A stretch of DNA of 64,000 nucleotides, from contig OZ251223.1 in assembly GCA_965240325.2 (NCBI GenBank), positions 186,001 through 250,000 of the forward strand. Direction: 5' to 3'. The first letter of the stretch is position 1. Every line of letters begins with the position of its first letter. Positions 55,269 to 64,000 of the stretch are shown here, piece by piece. Below the pieces are notes generated by a model, which made no database searches, had not been told where the DNA came from, and was given only the letters and a program-made list of their open reading frames with translations. This DNA is from Rebecca billardiae RCC1528 (lineage: Eukaryota > Protista > Haptophyta). Position numbers and translations under genes: made by a program.

Positions 55269-56924
55269 TCAGCACGTCGTCTCGTCCGGGTCCTCCTGAG
55301 TTTGCACGCCCTGATCAGCCTCTGGCTGCGGCGGGGCTCCGCCGCCCACTGATGGCTCGGCGGCGCGCGCGGCGCGCGCGGCGCGCGCCGCGCGGACGGC
55401 CTCTGCGACCTCGTGCATGCTCATGCGGTCGGCTGGCTCGCGGCACCAGCAGCCCGCGAGCACGTCGCGCAGGTGCGCCGGCGTGCCCTCCGGCGGCGGC
55501 GGCATCTCGCCGTCGACGATCTTCCGAATCATCGCCAGCACGCCCTTGCCCTGGAACGGCTCGGCGCGCTGCAGCACAAAGTAGAGCAGAGAGCCGAGCG
55601 AGAAGACGTCGGCGGCGGGGGTGGCCTTGTGCTCCTCGATCACCTCGGGCGCGGCGTACGCGGGCGTGCCGAGCGAGTTTGTGCGCGACTTGGACGTCGC
55701 GGCCGCCACCGTCGCCATCCCAAAGTCCGCGACCAGGCAGGGCGGCGCCTCGGGGCGCGCGCGCGCCGCCTCGGCGAGCGCGCGTGTGAGGAGCACGTTG
55801 GCGGGCTTTAGGTCGCGGTGCACCATCTGCTTGCTGTGCAGGAACGCCATCGTCTCGGCGATGCTCTCGAGCAGCGCGTCGACGGCGTCCACGTCGAGCG
55901 GGCCGTCGAGCGCGCGCACCGCGCTGTGCAGGTCGCCGTGCTCCATCCACGGCATGACCAGCGCCTTGAGCGAGCCGTCGTCGCACACACCGAGCACGGG
56001 CAGCACGCCCGGGTGGCGCAGCTCGGCGAGCGCCGTCGCCTCCTTGAGCGCGGCCCGCACCACCGCCTCGTCGTCCGCGCCCTTGCCACGCAGGGCCTTC
56101 ACCGCGACCACCTCCGCGCCCAGGTGCCCCTTGAAGATGTCCGCGTTCGCCTGGATCGCCGGCTGCGACGGGAGATGCAGCTCGGCGCGCGAGATCCGAC
56201 GCACGGCTGACGAGCCGCGCGGCCCGTCGGCCGGCGGTGGCGGCGCGCGCTGCGGCTCGGCGTCGTTGGAGAGGCGCTCACTGCGTGGCAGGCTCGCGGG
56301 CAGCACCAGCCGCTCCGACGCGAAGTCGTCGGCCGTCCAGCCCTCGACAGCCGAGCCACCCGGCGAGCTGAGGCCGCGACCCGACGGCCGCGGCGGCAGC
56401 GGCGCGGGCGTGCCCGCAGACGCTTCGCCGCCTTCGCGTGTGTCGCCAGCCCCGCCGGTGCGCGGCTCGGCGTGGGCAGTGTTGATCGCGTTCCCAGCGG
56501 CGCTCGCGCTCGCGCACGGGCCCTCATTCTGCGCCTCGGTGGGCTCCTGCGTGTCAAATGTCGCCGTGAGGTCTCGCGCGGGCGCGCGGCGCGCCGCCCC
56601 CTCCGCCTGCGCGTCGCCGCCGCCCGCGTCGCCGACGAGGCTAATCACCTCCGAGCGAGGGGACGGCCCCACGGGGCGCCGCTGCCCCGAACGCGGCGCG
56701 GGCGGCGCGGTGACCGGCGTGCCCGCCCTCCTCTGCGCCTTGCGCTTCTCTCGCGCCTCGAACTCCTCGGTGTCCAGGATCCACCGCTTTGTCACGGTGA
56801 CGCGCACGTCCTCGGTCATCCACAGGTGCTGCGGCAGGTACTGCCTCTCCGCCCACTGCACGTGCTTCAACTCGGCCTGCGGCACGTTCAAGTCGTCGGC
56901 GTCGGCGTGATGCGGAGAGGTCAT
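55269..56924 (-). CDS. Ser/Thr protein kinase, TKL-like
   Basis: VAVK, E of alphaC, LRHPGVL, HRDLKPANVLL, ADFG, GTPAYAAPE, DVFSLG, CW...PADR. Confidence 0.9.
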   Translation of the reverse strand: MTSPHHADADDLNVPQAELKHVQWAERQYLPQHLWMTEDVRVTVTKRWILDTEEFEAREKRKAQRRAGTPVTAPPAPRSGQRRPVGPSPRSEVISLVGDAGGGDAQAEGAARRAPARDLTATFDTQEPTEAQNEGPCASASAAGNAINTAHAEPRTGGAGDTREGGEASAGTPAPLPPRPSGRGLSSPGGSAVEGWTADDFASERLVLPASLPRSERLSNDAEPQRAPPPPADGPRGSSAVRRISRAELHLPSQPAIQANADIFKGHLGAEVVAVKALRGKGADDEAVVRAALKEATALAELRHPGVLPVLGVCDDGSLKALVMPWMEHGDLHSAVRALDGPLDVDAVDALLESIAETMAFLHSKQMVHRDLKPANVLLTRALAEAARARPEAPPCLVADFGMATVAAATSKSRTNSLGTPAYAAPEVIEEHKATPAADVFSLGSLLYFVLQRAEPFQGKGVLAMIRKIVDGEMPPPPEGTPAHLRDVLAGCWCREPADRMSMHEVAEAVRAARAARAARAAEPSVGGGAPPQPEADQGVQTQEDPDETTC

Positions 56925-57309
56925 GCCGTGCGCGGGCGCGTTGCGTGGACTGCCCGGTGTCCACCCGCCGCGGCCGCCCCCCGCGCTCGCGGCGGCGCGT
57001 GGACCAATTCTATGATTTAAAGACACAGGCACGAGGGCGCAGCTCTCCTGATTCGTCTGTCGAAGTACTGAATGGAGTTAATGGAGGATGTCGGAGCGCG
57101 TTGGCCGCGGGTGAGGGAGTCGTCGTAACCGATGCTGATCACACGGTCACTGAGGTAGTAGGCGCCCGGGGATGCCGCTGTTTTGCAGTCGTCGTCGGCC
57201 TTGGTCATCATGTAGTTGCCCGTGTCGTCGTCGTCCGAGGCTGTTCAAGTTGATGCCGTAGTGCAGGTAGTGGATGTGGTCGCCCGGGCCGGTGTGCGCG
57301 GCCTAGTGG

Positions 57310-57445
57310 CCTTGCCGAGTTGAGGGAGTAGTCGCCCTTGCCGTTGAGGAAGTCGTCGTCCTTGCCGTTGAGGAAGTCGTCGCCCTGGCCGCAGAGGAAG
57401 TCGTCGCCCTTGCCGTTGAGGAAGTCGTCGTCCTGGCCGCTGAGG
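57310..57445 (-). repeat. 24-bp minisatellite, ~5.5 units
   Basis: gtcgcccttgccgttgaggaagtc units; the minus strand reads GDDFLNGK. Confidence 0.9.
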
Positions 57446-57498
57446 GTGCCTGCGCTGCCCAACCGGGCGCGTCTGGCGCGCCAGCGCCGCGCGCGGCT

Positions 57499-58602
57499 CT
57501 ACGCCAGCGACTGCGGCGCGGCGGCAGCCAGGTCACGGGGGGGGTCGCCGAGGGACGCGGTGCGAGCCTGCTTGGCCGGCTTGGCGTCGCTCCCGCCAGC
57601 GGAGGAGGGCCCATCCTCCTCCGCCGGCGTGGACGGCTCGGTCGCCGCGCGCTTGCCGGCTGCCGCGGCGCCGGGGGGCAGGACCAGGCGGTAGTTGGAC
57701 TCCCCGAGCGCCGGCCTGGCCTGTTGCACCTCGGGCCCGTCCGACGGCGCGGCCGCGGTTGGTGGCTGGGGTGGCGGGATGGCATCGTCCGAACCCTCCC
57801 CCTCGGGCTCCTCCGCCTCCGGGCCGGCGGGGTCCGCCGCCTGTTGGTCGGCCGGCTGAGGAGCAGGGCGGCGCGCAGCGGCGGGCGGCGCGGGCGGCAC
57901 AGGCGGCGCGGGCGGCACGCCCCACAGGTTGTGTGGGACGCGGGCGGCGCCGGCGATGCGGCGGCTCGGCTTGAGCGGCGCGAAGAAGATGGGGTGCTCG
58001 GGGTCGATGGGCATGAAACGCAGGCGGAGGAAGATCAGGTTCACACCGCCGGAGTAGATGTTGGTCTCGACGTGCTCACCGTTGGTCACGTACTTGTTGA
58101 TGTCGGGCACGATCTGCTCGTAGAGGGCCCTGTGAAACTGCACGAGCGTCATCGTGGGGCTAACCGGGAGCGTGAGGGACACGTCCTTCGCCTGGGTTGC
58201 GAGGTCGGCCGCCGACAGCGCGAGCATCTCCTGCGTGAGCTCCGTGGTGCACGCCGTGAGAATGTTCGGCATGCACAGGCTGGTGGCCAGGCGGCGGCAG
58301 ATGGTCATGTTCTCGAGCACCGAGCCGGTGAAGGAGAAAACGTGCTTATTGCCTTTGGGGTCCTGGGTGAGTCCTGAGAGCAGTCGCCCGCCTTGCGAGT
58401 TGGGCGCCACGTCGCTCAGGCAGCGCGCGCTCAGCTTGATCATCGTCGTGCACATCTGCTGGCCCGCATCCCGCCTGGCGGTGGGGGTGCTCGGCCGTTC
58501 CACCTGCAGCCCGCGCTCGAAGTTGTTGGAAGAGGGGAAGAAGCTCAAGGCGCTCCTGCTGTTGAGACGGTCGCGGAAAAAGCCGTGCTGGTAAGGGGGC
58601 AT
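57499..58602 (-). CDS. Orphan hypothetical protein (~367 aa): globular N-terminal half, Pro/Ala/acidic tail
   Basis: GCCACCATG start context, G/C-ending codons, no intron evident, no recognised motif. Confidence 0.6.
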   Translation of the reverse strand: MPPYQHGFFRDRLNSRSALSFFPSSNNFERGLQVERPSTPTARRDAGQQMCTTMIKLSARCLSDVAPNSQGGRLLSGLTQDPKGNKHVFSFTGSVLENMTICRRLATSLCMPNILTACTTELTQEMLALSAADLATQAKDVSLTLPVSPTMTLVQFHRALYEQIVPDINKYVTNGEHVETNIYSGGVNLIFLRLRFMPIDPEHPIFFAPLKPSRRIAGAARVPHNLWGVPPAPPVPPAPPAAARRPAPQPADQQAADPAGPEAEEPEGEGSDDAIPPPQPPTAAAPSDGPEVQQARPALGESNYRLVLPPGAAAAGKRAATEPSTPAEEDGPSSAGGSDAKPAKQARTASLGDPPRDLAAAAPQSLA

Positions 58603-59430
58603 GGTGGCCGGTGTGGCGGGCGCGGGGCTGCGGAGGGCCGGGGGGCGGGTGCGGAAGCACTGCGGTGCGAGCGAGGTCGGTGCTGGTGCCAAAGGCATTT
58701 CGGCGCGCGGGGTTGAAATCAAATTTCAAAACCCAGGTCCGGAGTGGCCCCGCCGGTCCCCCGGACCACGGCGGCCCGTCGTGCGTTTCGGGGGGAGAGG
58801 GGTTTGTCGCGAAACGGGCAGGATGGGGAAAAGGGGGGGGGGGGGGGGGGGGCTCGCGGCCGCCGCGGGGAGGCCGGGACGGGCGCGGTCTCCACCTGAG
58901 GGCCGGGCGCTGCTCAGGAAGGAGGGCGGCCCACACTCCGCGTGTCGCTCCCCAGTGCCTCCGCACAGGCACACCGCAGGTGTTCGCCGTCGTGTCGGGA
59001 TGAGCATGCGCTTGGCGTCCGCACCCGGGGCCAGTCCTTTCATGGTCAGCAAGCAGGCGGGGGGGGGGCGTGCGTGTGCAAGCGCGGGTGGATATGTCGT
59101 GTCTGCGATATGCGGAGTGTTGGATGCGGGTTGCGCCGGTGCCCCAGGGCACCGGTGAGTGTGTCGCCGCCCGCGGCGCGGCAATTATTTTTTGAATCGA
59201 TCGACGGGTGGACGAAATCAAATCCATCAGTGGCGCGTGGATCCATGATGGAGTCGATCGGCGTTCGATCGACTGATCCCGACCCGATGACAGCCTCACA
59301 CTCGCAGACACGGTCATGCACAGATGACGTGTAATGATGTGCTGAGAGCTAGGCACTCGTGTCTCGTCCTCACTAGAGCTACCATGCACACCGCCACGGC
59401 CTGGCGACTGCCAGCCGCGGAGGCGGGACC

Positions 59431-61749
59431 CTAGCTCGCCGGGCGCGGCGAGCCCGAGCCTGGCGCCGGCCCGTCGGCGCCATCGGCATCGCCCTCGGCG
59501 TCGACCGCGTCTGCCGCCTTGGGGATGACCTCGCCCCGCGCCTCGGCGCGCATGTAGCTCCGCACGAGCTTTGCGAGGCGGTCGACGTACTGCGCGCGCG
59601 AGCAGCGCGCGCCAGCCGCGCCGCCAGCGGCACCGTCGGCCTTCCCGGCCGAGTGCTCGAGCACCCAGCTGGGGAGCGGCGCGGCCTCGCTGGACGGCGC
59701 GGGCTCAGAGGGCGGCCCGCACGGGTACGCCGCACGGCTGACGGGCGCGAGCGACACGGCCTCCTCCGCGCGGCCGCCGAGCACGACAGCGAGCAGCAGC
59801 TCGACGAGGTGGAGCCAGATCGACGCGTACACGTTGCCGCTGCGCCGCGCGACCGCCTGCTCGACCACGCCCTCGAGGTCGCGCACCTCGCCCACCACCG
59901 CGCGCGCGCCCTCGTCGCCCGCGCTCGCGCGCTCAATCAGCGCTCGCATGCTCTCGTCCGAGAGGGTGCTGTGCCGCAGCGTCTTGCCGCACTGCACGAC
60001 GTGGCACGTGCGCACGGCCTCCGCCGCCTCCCAGTGCGTGGCGGCGAGCTCGAGCGACGCGTTCAGCTCCCGCGCGAGCCGCCGCTGGTCGTACGCGCTG
60101 AGCAGCCAGCGGTACCGCTCCGACTCGTGCGTGCGGCAGCTGAGGCGCGTGGGCGCGCGCGGGCCGACTTCTGTCCACGCGCGCAGCGGCCGCCGCCGCT
60201 CGGCCGCGAGCGCGCGCACGGGCGCCGACGCGACGCACGTGTCCTCGAGCCGCCCCGGCGCCCAGACCAACGGGCCCTCCTTGCGCAGGGTGCCGTAGCC
60301 CCAGCTGAAGAGCGACGGGATCGCCGCCAGGCTCCACGGGCGCCGCGCCGCGCCGGCGCCGTCCGCGCCCGGGCCAGTCGGCGCCGCGGGTCTGTCGTCG
60401 GCGCCGGCCGCGTCGGCTTCGTCCGAGTCGGCGGCGAAGCCCACGATGTCGAGCGCGCGGCGGCTGCGCGCGCCGCCCGCGTCGCCGCGCGGCGGCGGCG
60501 GCTTCACGCAGCCATGCTCCACCCACGTCTGCACAATGGCTTCCCAGAGCGACTGGTCCTCGCGCCGGCCACAGCGCTTGCCGAGCCACAGTCGGAGGAA
60601 GCGCCGCGCTCGCGCGTCGTTCCGGACCGCGAGCGAGTTGCCCGAGACCATGTACTCGGGCGCGGTGCGCGTCTTCGACTGGAGGTCGTGCCGCACGCCG
60701 AAGTTGACGCTCGCGCCCGCCTCGAGCGCGGCCGCCTCGAGCGCCGCCGGCGTGACGGGCTGCGGGAGCGCGCTGTGCAGCTCCAGCCAGAGAGCGCTGC
60801 GCACGCGCGGCTCGTCGAGAGTGAGCAGCAGCGCGGCCGCCTTCACGTGGCCTCTGCCGATCGCGTGCGCCTGCGTGCTCGAGACCTCCTCCCCGCCGGA
60901 CAGCCTCGACGTGCGCACGCGCTTGCACCGCGGCGGCACGGCTTCGAGCGCGGCGGGCAGCCCGCCCGTGAGCACAAAATAGCCAAAACCGCCGCGCCGC
61001 GCCGCGTCGACGTGGTTCTGAACAAATGGCATCCAGTGGGCGAGCTCGGCGACAGACACGGCGGCGGTGACGAGCGCGACCGGCGCCTGGGCCGCGCTCC
61101 CCGTGTTGACGCGCGCGAAGAGCGGGCAGTTCAGCCGCTCGTCGAGCATCTCGGCGTCCGGACCCTCGCTGACCACGTTGTGCACCTTGAGCACCGCGGG
61201 CGAGCGTGCGCCCGCGCCGCCCGAGGCGGGCGCTGTGAGCGAGCCGCGCGGATCAATGCCCACGCCGCCCGCCGTGGGCGCTCCGGAGTCGCGCGAGCCT
61301 CCGCCCGAGGCCTGCGCTCGGCCGAGCTCCGAAGACGCCGGCGTGCGCACGCGTGAGCTGGCGCGCGACAGCACGCCGATCGGCTGCTTTGTCGACGCGC
61401 GCGACGCGGCGCCGGATGCGCGCGCCGTGCGGCTGCGCTGCTTGCGTACGCTCGCCGCGATCATTGACGCCTTGGACAGCGCCTTGGGCACCCTCGGCGT
61501 GGCGGCGGTGGCGAGGCGGCGCTGCGTGTTCCCTGGCGTCGAGCTGCTCGGCGGGAAGGTCCATGACAGCTGGTACCGGCTGCCGCGGTGTCGCGCGCGC
61601 GTTGTGATCAGCAGCTCGGCGCGCGTCACGCCTGACGCGATGCCTCGCCAGTCGCTCTCGTTGAGGGCGTCGCTCTGGAGTAGCAGTGGGGCCCTCGGCG
61701 CCGCCGTCACAGCACCGACGACGAGCCCAACCGCCAACGCAATGCGCAT
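59431..61749 (-). CDS. Secretory protein with a GT34/nucleotide-diphospho-sugar transferase-like domain
   Basis: Signal peptide MRIALAVGLVVGAVTA; NH.DAARRGGFGY, HVKAAALL, ALWLE, SGNSLAVRN..ARRFLRLW, EDQ..LW pattern. Confidence 0.55.
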   Translation of the reverse strand: MRIALAVGLVVGAVTAAPRAPLLLQSDALNESDWRGIASGVTRAELLITTRARHRGSRYQLSWTFPPSSSTPGNTQRRLATAATPRVPKALSKASMIAASVRKQRSRTARASGAASRASTKQPIGVLSRASSRVRTPASSELGRAQASGGGSRDSGAPTAGGVGIDPRGSLTAPASGGAGARSPAVLKVHNVVSEGPDAEMLDERLNCPLFARVNTGSAAQAPVALVTAAVSVAELAHWMPFVQNHVDAARRGGFGYFVLTGGLPAALEAVPPRCKRVRTSRLSGGEEVSSTQAHAIGRGHVKAAALLLTLDEPRVRSALWLELHSALPQPVTPAALEAAALEAGASVNFGVRHDLQSKTRTAPEYMVSGNSLAVRNDARARRFLRLWLGKRCGRREDQSLWEAIVQTWVEHGCVKPPPPRGDAGGARSRRALDIVGFAADSDEADAAGADDRPAAPTGPGADGAGAARRPWSLAAIPSLFSWGYGTLRKEGPLVWAPGRLEDTCVASAPVRALAAERRRPLRAWTEVGPRAPTRLSCRTHESERYRWLLSAYDQRRLARELNASLELAATHWEAAEAVRTCHVVQCGKTLRHSTLSDESMRALIERASAGDEGARAVVGEVRDLEGVVEQAVARRSGNVYASIWLHLVELLLAVVLGGRAEEAVSLAPVSRAAYPCGPPSEPAPSSEAAPLPSWVLEHSAGKADGAAGGAAGARCSRAQYVDRLAKLVRSYMRAEARGEVIPKAADAVDAEGDADGADGPAPGSGSPRPAS

Positions 61750-61948
61750 TCTTGCCAGAACCTCCCCGCCGTGCCGCCGAGGCAGGCGGCCGCCGCACAG
61801 CCAGAATGAGTCCGGCCCCGCCGGTGCTGTGCATTCGCATGATGCGCAACGGCGGAGCCAGCGCAACAGCGCAAGACAGGTGATCGGCAACTTGCGCCTC
61901 ATTCAGTCATTCTGCAGGCGGCGGGCCAAGCTCCTCCGCGAGGAGGGC

Positions 61949-63889
61949 ATGGCGGAAGCCAACGCCGCCGTGCGGCTACTCCAGCGCAGGTCGAGGCGTG
62001 GCGACGCGCGTGCCACCTTCCTGCTCGCGAAGCGTGCTGAAACCGGCGATGGTGTCGCCCAAGACGTGCACGAGGCTGCTCGGCTGCACAATCTCGCGGC
62101 CGATCGCGGGCTGGCGGACGCGCAGGTAAGGATGGGCGAAGTGTGCACGCATGGACAGCTTGGGCAAGCCAATGACGTTGGGGAGGCCGCGCGCTGGTTC
62201 AGGCTGGCTGCCGAGCAGGGCAGTGCAACTGCCCAAAACAACCTGGGCGTGTGCTACGAACGAGGCCAGGGCGTGCCGCTGGATTGCGACGAGGCTGTGC
62301 GCTTGTACCGGCTGGCGGCCGGACAGGGCCAAGCAGGTGCACAGCACAACCTGGGTAAGTGCTACCAACTTGCCAAGGGCGTGCCGCAGGATTGGGTGGA
62401 GGCGATGCGCTGGTACCGGCTGGCGGCCGAGCAGGGCGAAGCAGATGCACAGCTCACGCTGGGCTTGTGCTACATGGAAGGTGAGGGCGTGCCGCAGGAT
62501 TGTTACGAGGCGGTGCGCTGGTCTCAGCTGGCGGCCGAGCAGGGCGACGCAGCTGCGCAGTGCGCCCTGGGCACGTGCTACGGAGATGGCAAGGGCGTGC
62601 CGCAGGACTGGGCGGAGGCAATTCGCTTGTACCGGCTGGGGGCAGAGCAGGGCCATGCAGGTGCGCAGTACAAGCTGGGCATGGGCTACGCACACGCCCA
62701 GGGCGTGCCGCAGGATTGGGGCGAGGCGGTGCGCTGGTACCGACTGGCGGCCGCGCAGGGCCAAAAAAGCGCGCAGTATATGCTGGGAGTGTGCTACGCA
62801 TTCGGCGAGGGCGTGCAGCAGGATTGGGACGAGGCTGTGCGCTGGTACCGACTGGCTGCCGAGCAGAGCCACGCAGCTGCACAGCACAACCTCGGCAGGT
62901 GCTGCAAAGAAGGCAAGGGCGTGCCGCAGGATTTTAACGAGGCGGCGCGCTGGTACCGACGGGCGGCCGAACAGGGCCACGCAGATGCACAGAACAGCCT
63001 GGGTCTGTGCTACGATCGAGGCGATGGCGTGCCACAGGATTGGAACGAGGCGGTGCGGTTGTACCGGCTGGCAGCCGAGCAGGGCGAAGCAGCTGCACAG
63101 TGCAACCTGGGCATGCGCTACGGACTAGGCGGGGGTGTGCCGCAGGATTGGGGCGAGGCGGTGCGGTGGTTCCGGCTGGCGGCCGAGCAGGGCGAAGCAG
63201 CTGCACAGTGCAACCTGGGCATGCGCTACGGACTAGGCGGGGGTGTGCCGCAGGATTGGGGCGAGGCGGTGCGGTGGTTCCGGCTGGCGGCCGAGCAGGG
63301 CGAAGCAGCTGCACAGTGCAACCTGGGCATGCGCTACGGACTAGGCGGGGGTGTGCCGCAGGATTGGGGCGAGGCGGTGCGGTGGTTCCGGCTGGCGGCC
63401 GAGCAGGGCGAAGCAGCTGCACAGTACAACCTGGGCATGCGCTACGCACGAGGGGAGGGCGTGCAGCAGGATTGGGATGAGGCAGTGCGCCTGCTTCGGC
63501 TCGCAACTGCTGGCGGCTCAGCCATCGGGCACAATCAGCTGGGAAGGCTGCTGCTGGCAGGTGAGTGTATGGAGCGCAATGTCGAGGAAGGAGCAGAGCT
63601 GCTGCGCCGTGCACTCGAGCTCGATAGCTCGTTCCACCCGAGTGCAGTCCTGGCGGATTTCGCCGGGGACGGCGAGGTGGTCTCCCAGTGCTGCATCACC
63701 TGCGGACGTACCGGCCGTGGTCTGAAGAAGTGCGAGCGATGCCTCGTGGCGGTCTTCTGCTGCCGCGAGCACCAGCGATCCGCATGGAAGGCGCACAAGC
63801 CGCACTGCCGCGTGTGGAGCGGCGCAGATTCGTCGGACTCAAGAGTGGCCGCACACACAACGGCAGGTTCCAGTACCGATGACGGATGA
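61949..63889 (+). CDS. Sel1-like repeat protein (~15 repeats) with C-terminal MYND zinc finger
   Basis: 36-aa AQxxLGxxYxxGxGVPQDWxEAVRWYRLAAEQG repeats; CITC...LKKCERCLVAVFCCREHQRSAWKAHKPHC. Confidence 0.92.
   Translation: MAEANAAVRLLQRRSRRGDARATFLLAKRAETGDGVAQDVHEAARLHNLAADRGLADAQVRMGEVCTHGQLGQANDVGEAARWFRLAAEQGSATAQNNLGVCYERGQGVPLDCDEAVRLYRLAAGQGQAGAQHNLGKCYQLAKGVPQDWVEAMRWYRLAAEQGEADAQLTLGLCYMEGEGVPQDCYEAVRWSQLAAEQGDAAAQCALGTCYGDGKGVPQDWAEAIRLYRLGAEQGHAGAQYKLGMGYAHAQGVPQDWGEAVRWYRLAAAQGQKSAQYMLGVCYAFGEGVQQDWDEAVRWYRLAAEQSHAAAQHNLGRCCKEGKGVPQDFNEAARWYRRAAEQGHADAQNSLGLCYDRGDGVPQDWNEAVRLYRLAAEQGEAAAQCNLGMRYGLGGGVPQDWGEAVRWFRLAAEQGEAAAQCNLGMRYGLGGGVPQDWGEAVRWFRLAAEQGEAAAQCNLGMRYGLGGGVPQDWGEAVRWFRLAAEQGEAAAQYNLGMRYARGEGVQQDWDEAVRLLRLATAGGSAIGHNQLGRLLLAGECMERNVEEGAELLRRALELDSSFHPSAVLADFAGDGEVVSQCCITCGRTGRGLKKCERCLVAVFCCREHQRSAWKAHKPHCRVWSGADSSDSRVAAHTTAGSSTDDG
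63074..63446 (+). repeat. Three essentially identical 108-bp Sel1 units plus a partial fourth
   Basis: Units start at 63074, 63182, 63290 and 63398. Confidence 0.92.
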
Positions 63890-64000
63890 GCAGGCAGTTG
63901 CATTCACTGCGAGCAGTGGCTGAGGTCACAGATTGGGCGACGACTGCCATGTGGCATGTAGATCATGACGATCATCAGAGCATGAGTCCCATGACGCAGA

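Noticed and set aside
57310-57445. 24-bp repeats, and the 78- and 108-bp repeats elsewhere, as CRISPR arrays
   Set aside because: Head-to-tail tandem units without unique spacers, no cas genes, eukaryotic context
61067-61948. ORF-track N-terminal extension of the Sel1 gene
   Set aside because: Mostly antisense to the GT34-like gene; Sel1-like sequence starts after the ATG at 61949

Overview
This is gene-dense, extremely GC-rich eukaryotic nuclear DNA with short spliceosomal introns whose donors are mostly GTGCG(C/T). The composition, intron style and gene set suggest a flagellated alga, possibly a haptophyte such as a member of Pavlovales (inference). About 20 protein-coding genes are supportable. 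They include a giant FG-GAP/Ser-Pro-rod surface protein, VDAC, a jacalin-domain protein, two CNBD-family ion channels with non-canonical filters, ADAL, a scramblase, WASHC4, GT32-TPR, CEP131, a FoP/CHTOP-like protein, ZRANB3, an LtrA-like protein, BUD13, a frameshifted sulfotransferase-like gene, a TKL kinase, an orphan ORF, a GT34-like protein and a Sel1-repeat/MYND protein. The intergenic islands hold several mobile-element structures: a 748-bp MITE (23-bp TIRs, 5-bp TSD), a 1.7-kb TA-flanked TIR element, two identical copies of a 76-bp hairpin retroposon-like sequence 46 kb apart, and a possible 2.35-kb element carrying the orphan gene. The most intriguing signals are the conserved-framework/variable-position Sel1 array, these unclassified elements, and a micro-duplication-dominated mutation pattern. 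I found no rRNA, tRNA or CRISPR arrays. Most long ORFs in the track are antisense or frame shadows caused by high GC. All family calls come from motif recognition by eye, with no database searches.
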